A stretch of DNA of 59,186 nt, from assembly GCA_902806325.1 (NCBI GenBank), contig CADCWE010000225.1, forward strand, positions 1 to 59,186, written 5' to 3'. The translations under genes were made by a program, and so were the position numbers. The notes beneath the pieces are model-generated. The model was given only the letters and a program-made list of their open reading frames with translations. It was not told the origin of the DNA and made no database searches. Shown in pieces: positions 57,099 to 59,186 of this stretch (position 1 is the stretch's first letter; every line of letters begins with the position of its first letter). This DNA comes from an uncultured Thermomicrobiales bacterium (GTDB lineage Bacteria; Chloroflexota; Chloroflexia; Thermomicrobiales; UBA6265).

Positions 57099-57761
57099 AT
57101 GCCGAAACGCAAGGAACGCTTCGCCAAGGAACGCCCGCTAGACCCGCGCGACGCCGAAGCGCCGTGGCGCCTCTTCGTCGCCCTGCCGCTGCCGCCGCCG
57201 GCCACGGAACTGGTCGGCGCGCTGGTTCGCAGCCTGGGCAACGAAGGTTGGCCGGTACGCTGGGTCGACCCCAACACCGCCCACATCACCCTCCAGTTTA
57301 TCGGCGAGGTCGAGCCGGCGCGGGGGGAACTGCTCCGGATGGCCTTGCCGCGCGTGATCGCCGGCCATGCCGCCTTCGACCTCCGCACCGCCGACCTCGG
57401 CGTTTTCCCGAACCGGCGCCAACCGCGGATCGTCTGGCTCGGTCTCCACGGCCCGACCCACCGGTTGCAAGCGCTCTACGAGGACGTGACCCGGCTGCTG
57501 GTCGAGCTGGAGCTTCCCCACGACGACCGGGAGTTTCACCCCCACATCACCCTCGGACGCCTGCGCGATGTCCAGAACCAACCCGTCCGCGACCTGCCGG
57601 CCAAGATCGCCAACCGGCTGGACGCGGAAGCCGAAACCGGCTTGGCATCGGCAAAGGCGCCGCGCCCGGTGCCGGTGGGGGAGGTCCACCTGGTGCGGTC
57701 GTTCTTGGGCAAAGACGGGGCGCGGCACGAGACGATCGGGCGGTTTTCGCTCGGCGAGTAA
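57099..57761 (+). CDS. thpR: RNA 2',3'-cyclic phosphodiesterase (2H phosphoesterase, ThpR/LigT)
   Basis: Two HxTx motifs (HITLQF and HITLGR) with typical spacing. Confidence 0.85.
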   Translation: MPKRKERFAKERPLDPRDAEAPWRLFVALPLPPPATELVGALVRSLGNEGWPVRWVDPNTAHITLQFIGEVEPARGELLRMALPRVIAGHAAFDLRTADLGVFPNRRQPRIVWLGLHGPTHRLQALYEDVTRLLVELELPHDDREFHPHITLGRLRDVQNQPVRDLPAKIANRLDAEAETGLASAKAPRPVPVGEVHLVRSFLGKDGARHETIGRFSLGE

Positions 57762-57976
57762 CGCCCTCATCCGTCTCGCCTCGACGGGGAGGGACCACCG
57801 AGTACGTGGGCAGCGCCGAAGGCGTCGTCAACGGGGGGCGACGATCCCAATCTGGCGGTCGGGGACGCGGGTGGCCTCGCTTAACCGATCGCGATCGGAA
57901 CCGCCCTCGCTCTGGAACGGCTCGCGATCCCCACCGTCACCGTTTCCCCAGACTCGGCGATGATCGTTTTGCCCGA

Positions 57977-58020
57977 CGCGCGAAGCGGGGGGCGCCATCC
58001 GGCGCCCCCCGCTTCGCGCG
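57977..58020. terminator. 20-bp perfect GC hairpin (bidirectional terminator candidate)
   Basis: cgcgcgaagcggggggcgcc atcc ggcgccccccgcttcgcgcg. It lies between the convergent thpR and the SRPBCC gene. Confidence 0.6.
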
Positions 58021-58035
58021 TCTCGTTGACGGAGC

Positions 58036-58494
58036 TTATGGCCCGGTCTGCGCCGCCAGGTTTTCTTTGCGCCGGCCGATCACCGGCTCGCCGAGTTCGG
58101 CGAACGTCTTGAAGTTCTTCAGGTCTTCTTCGACCTCGCCGGCAACGGCCTGGGTCAGGGTGTCGCCGACCGCTTTCAGCGGGTTGCGGTGGTACTCGAT
58201 GGTGACGTAGACGTGCGTGCCGTTCTCGTGCGGCCGGAACGTCACCGAGCCGCTGTTCTCGACGCCGGAGGTCGACTTCCAGGCCACCAGTTGATTCGGG
58301 GTCTGCTCCGTGATCTCGGCGTCCCACTCCTCGCGCTTGCCGCGTACGTTGGCGATCCAGTGCAGTTTGTTCCCGTCCTAATCGATCGCGGTCACGTTCC
58401 GCATGAAGTTCGGAAACGCCTCGAAGTTGGTCCAGATCTCGTAGGCCCGCGAAATCGGGACGTTGACGTGGATATCCTTTTCGACCTTAGCCAA
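58036..58494 (-). pseudogene. SRPBCC (polyketide cyclase/dehydrase-like) gene interrupted by an in-frame TAG
   Basis: TTG 58494 has the SD GGAGGG. MAKVEKDIHVNVPISRAYEIWTNFEAFPNFMRNVTAID, then TAG (58378-58380), then the same frame continues DGNKLHWIANVRGKREEWDAEITEQ..VAWKSTSG.. to the stop at 58036. Confidence 0.75.
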
Positions 58495-58629
58495 TGGTAA
58501 ACCCTCCGTGCTGCGCGGTGCTGATCGTCCACCGAATCGGGAACGATGCCGCTCCCATGCCCCGGTTGTGCAGGGATCGTGCCGCCGTTCGCCCGATTCG
58601 CCGGTTCGGGGCGGCAAGATTTCCCCGCC

Positions 58630-58638
58630 TGGTATCAT
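58630..58638 (+). promoter_or_regulatory. candidate extended -10 (TGGTATCAT) for prfA
   Basis: The motif lies about 100 nt upstream of ATG 58741. Confidence 0.3.
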
Positions 58639-58740
58639 TGATCGCGGCGTTTGTCCGAATGCTCCCACTCCCGCCGATAGCCGCCGCCGATTCGCGCCGG
58701 GGGCGATCCATCCCGAGTCCCCACCCGAGAGGCTTCCGCC

Positions 58741-59186
58741 ATGGTCACCACCGCCGCCGCCCCCGGTTTGTTCGCCACCCTCGCCGGGTTGGAGCGCCGC
58801 TACGCCGAACTCGACCACCTGATGGCCGACCCCGAGATCGCGACCGACCGGGTGCGCTCGGTCGAACTCGGGCGCGAGCGGGCCGAGATCGAGGAGGTCG
58901 TCGGCGTCTACCGCGAACTGCGCGCGACCGAGGCGGCAATCGCCGAGACCGAGGCGATGGCCTCCGATCCCGAGTTGGGCGAACTCGCCGTCGACGAGCT
59001 GACATCCTTGCGTGCCAAGCACGACGATCTCCTGGACCGGATCAAGGTCCTGCTGGTGCCCAAGGACCCGAACGACGACAAGAACGTGATCGTCGAGATC
59101 CGGGCCGGCACCGGCGGCGACGAGGCGGCCTTGTTCGCGTCCGATCTGTTCCGGATGTACACCCGCTACGCCGAACGCCACCGCTG
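58741..59186 (+). CDS. prfA: peptide chain release factor 1, 3'-truncated by the window edge
   Basis: This frame is open to the window end, so it is absent from the ORF track. My translation is [33 protein letters not shown]...[30 protein letters not shown], typical of RF1. Confidence 0.92.
   Translation, partial: MVTTAAAPGLFATLAGLERRYAELDHLMADPEIATDRVRSVELGRERAEIEEVVGVYRELRATEAAIAETEAMASDPELGELAVDELTSLRAKHDDLLDRIKVLLVPKDPNDDKNVIVEIRAGTGGDEAALFASDLFRMYTRYAERHR

Overview
This is a 59.2 kb, very GC-rich (about 70% by eye) chromosomal housekeeping window with no rRNA, tRNA or CRISPR. I support about 50 CDS.

Gene content:
- A histidine operon: (GNAT-)hisC-hisB-hisH-hisA-hisF-hisIE. hisD and a PHP-type histidinol phosphatase sit elsewhere in the window.
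- thrS and pheST, each behind a T-box leader.
- eno, mutS2, lexA with an SOS box, purA, gpsA, fabZ, gyrA, cysK, rpe, ruvA, pheA, and a 3'-truncated prfA.
- An OmpR/HK two-component pair.
- An fhaA-fhaB-vanW-GT2 cluster, with a PP2C phosphatase nearby.
- An LprG-like/MFS pair.

Taxon: T-boxes on thrS and pheS, a GAAC-N4-GTTC LexA box and extended -10 promoters suggest a high-GC monoderm-type lineage, possibly Chloroflexota/Thermomicrobia-like. This is a low-confidence inference.

Most interesting observations:
1. A four-gene PspA/SPFH envelope-stress module (40.8-44.5 kb) has two uncharacterised partners and is preceded by a correctly spaced sigma-54-like -24/-12 element.
2. A GNAT ORF with no stop codon reads in frame into hisC, which keeps its own promoter-like patch, SD and TTG start.
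3. A roughly 50-nt REP-like repeat family is inserted in the his operon intergenic regions.
4. A decaying IS5-family element sits exactly at the eno stop codon.
5. Three conserved genes carry in-frame stop codons: the transposase, cvpA (which also has a frameshift) and an SRPBCC gene.

Limits: all calls come from reading the sequence and recognising motifs. No searches were run. Hand-derived coordinates of small sites may be off by a few nt. The many long alternative-frame and antisense ORFs in the track are treated as high-GC artefacts.
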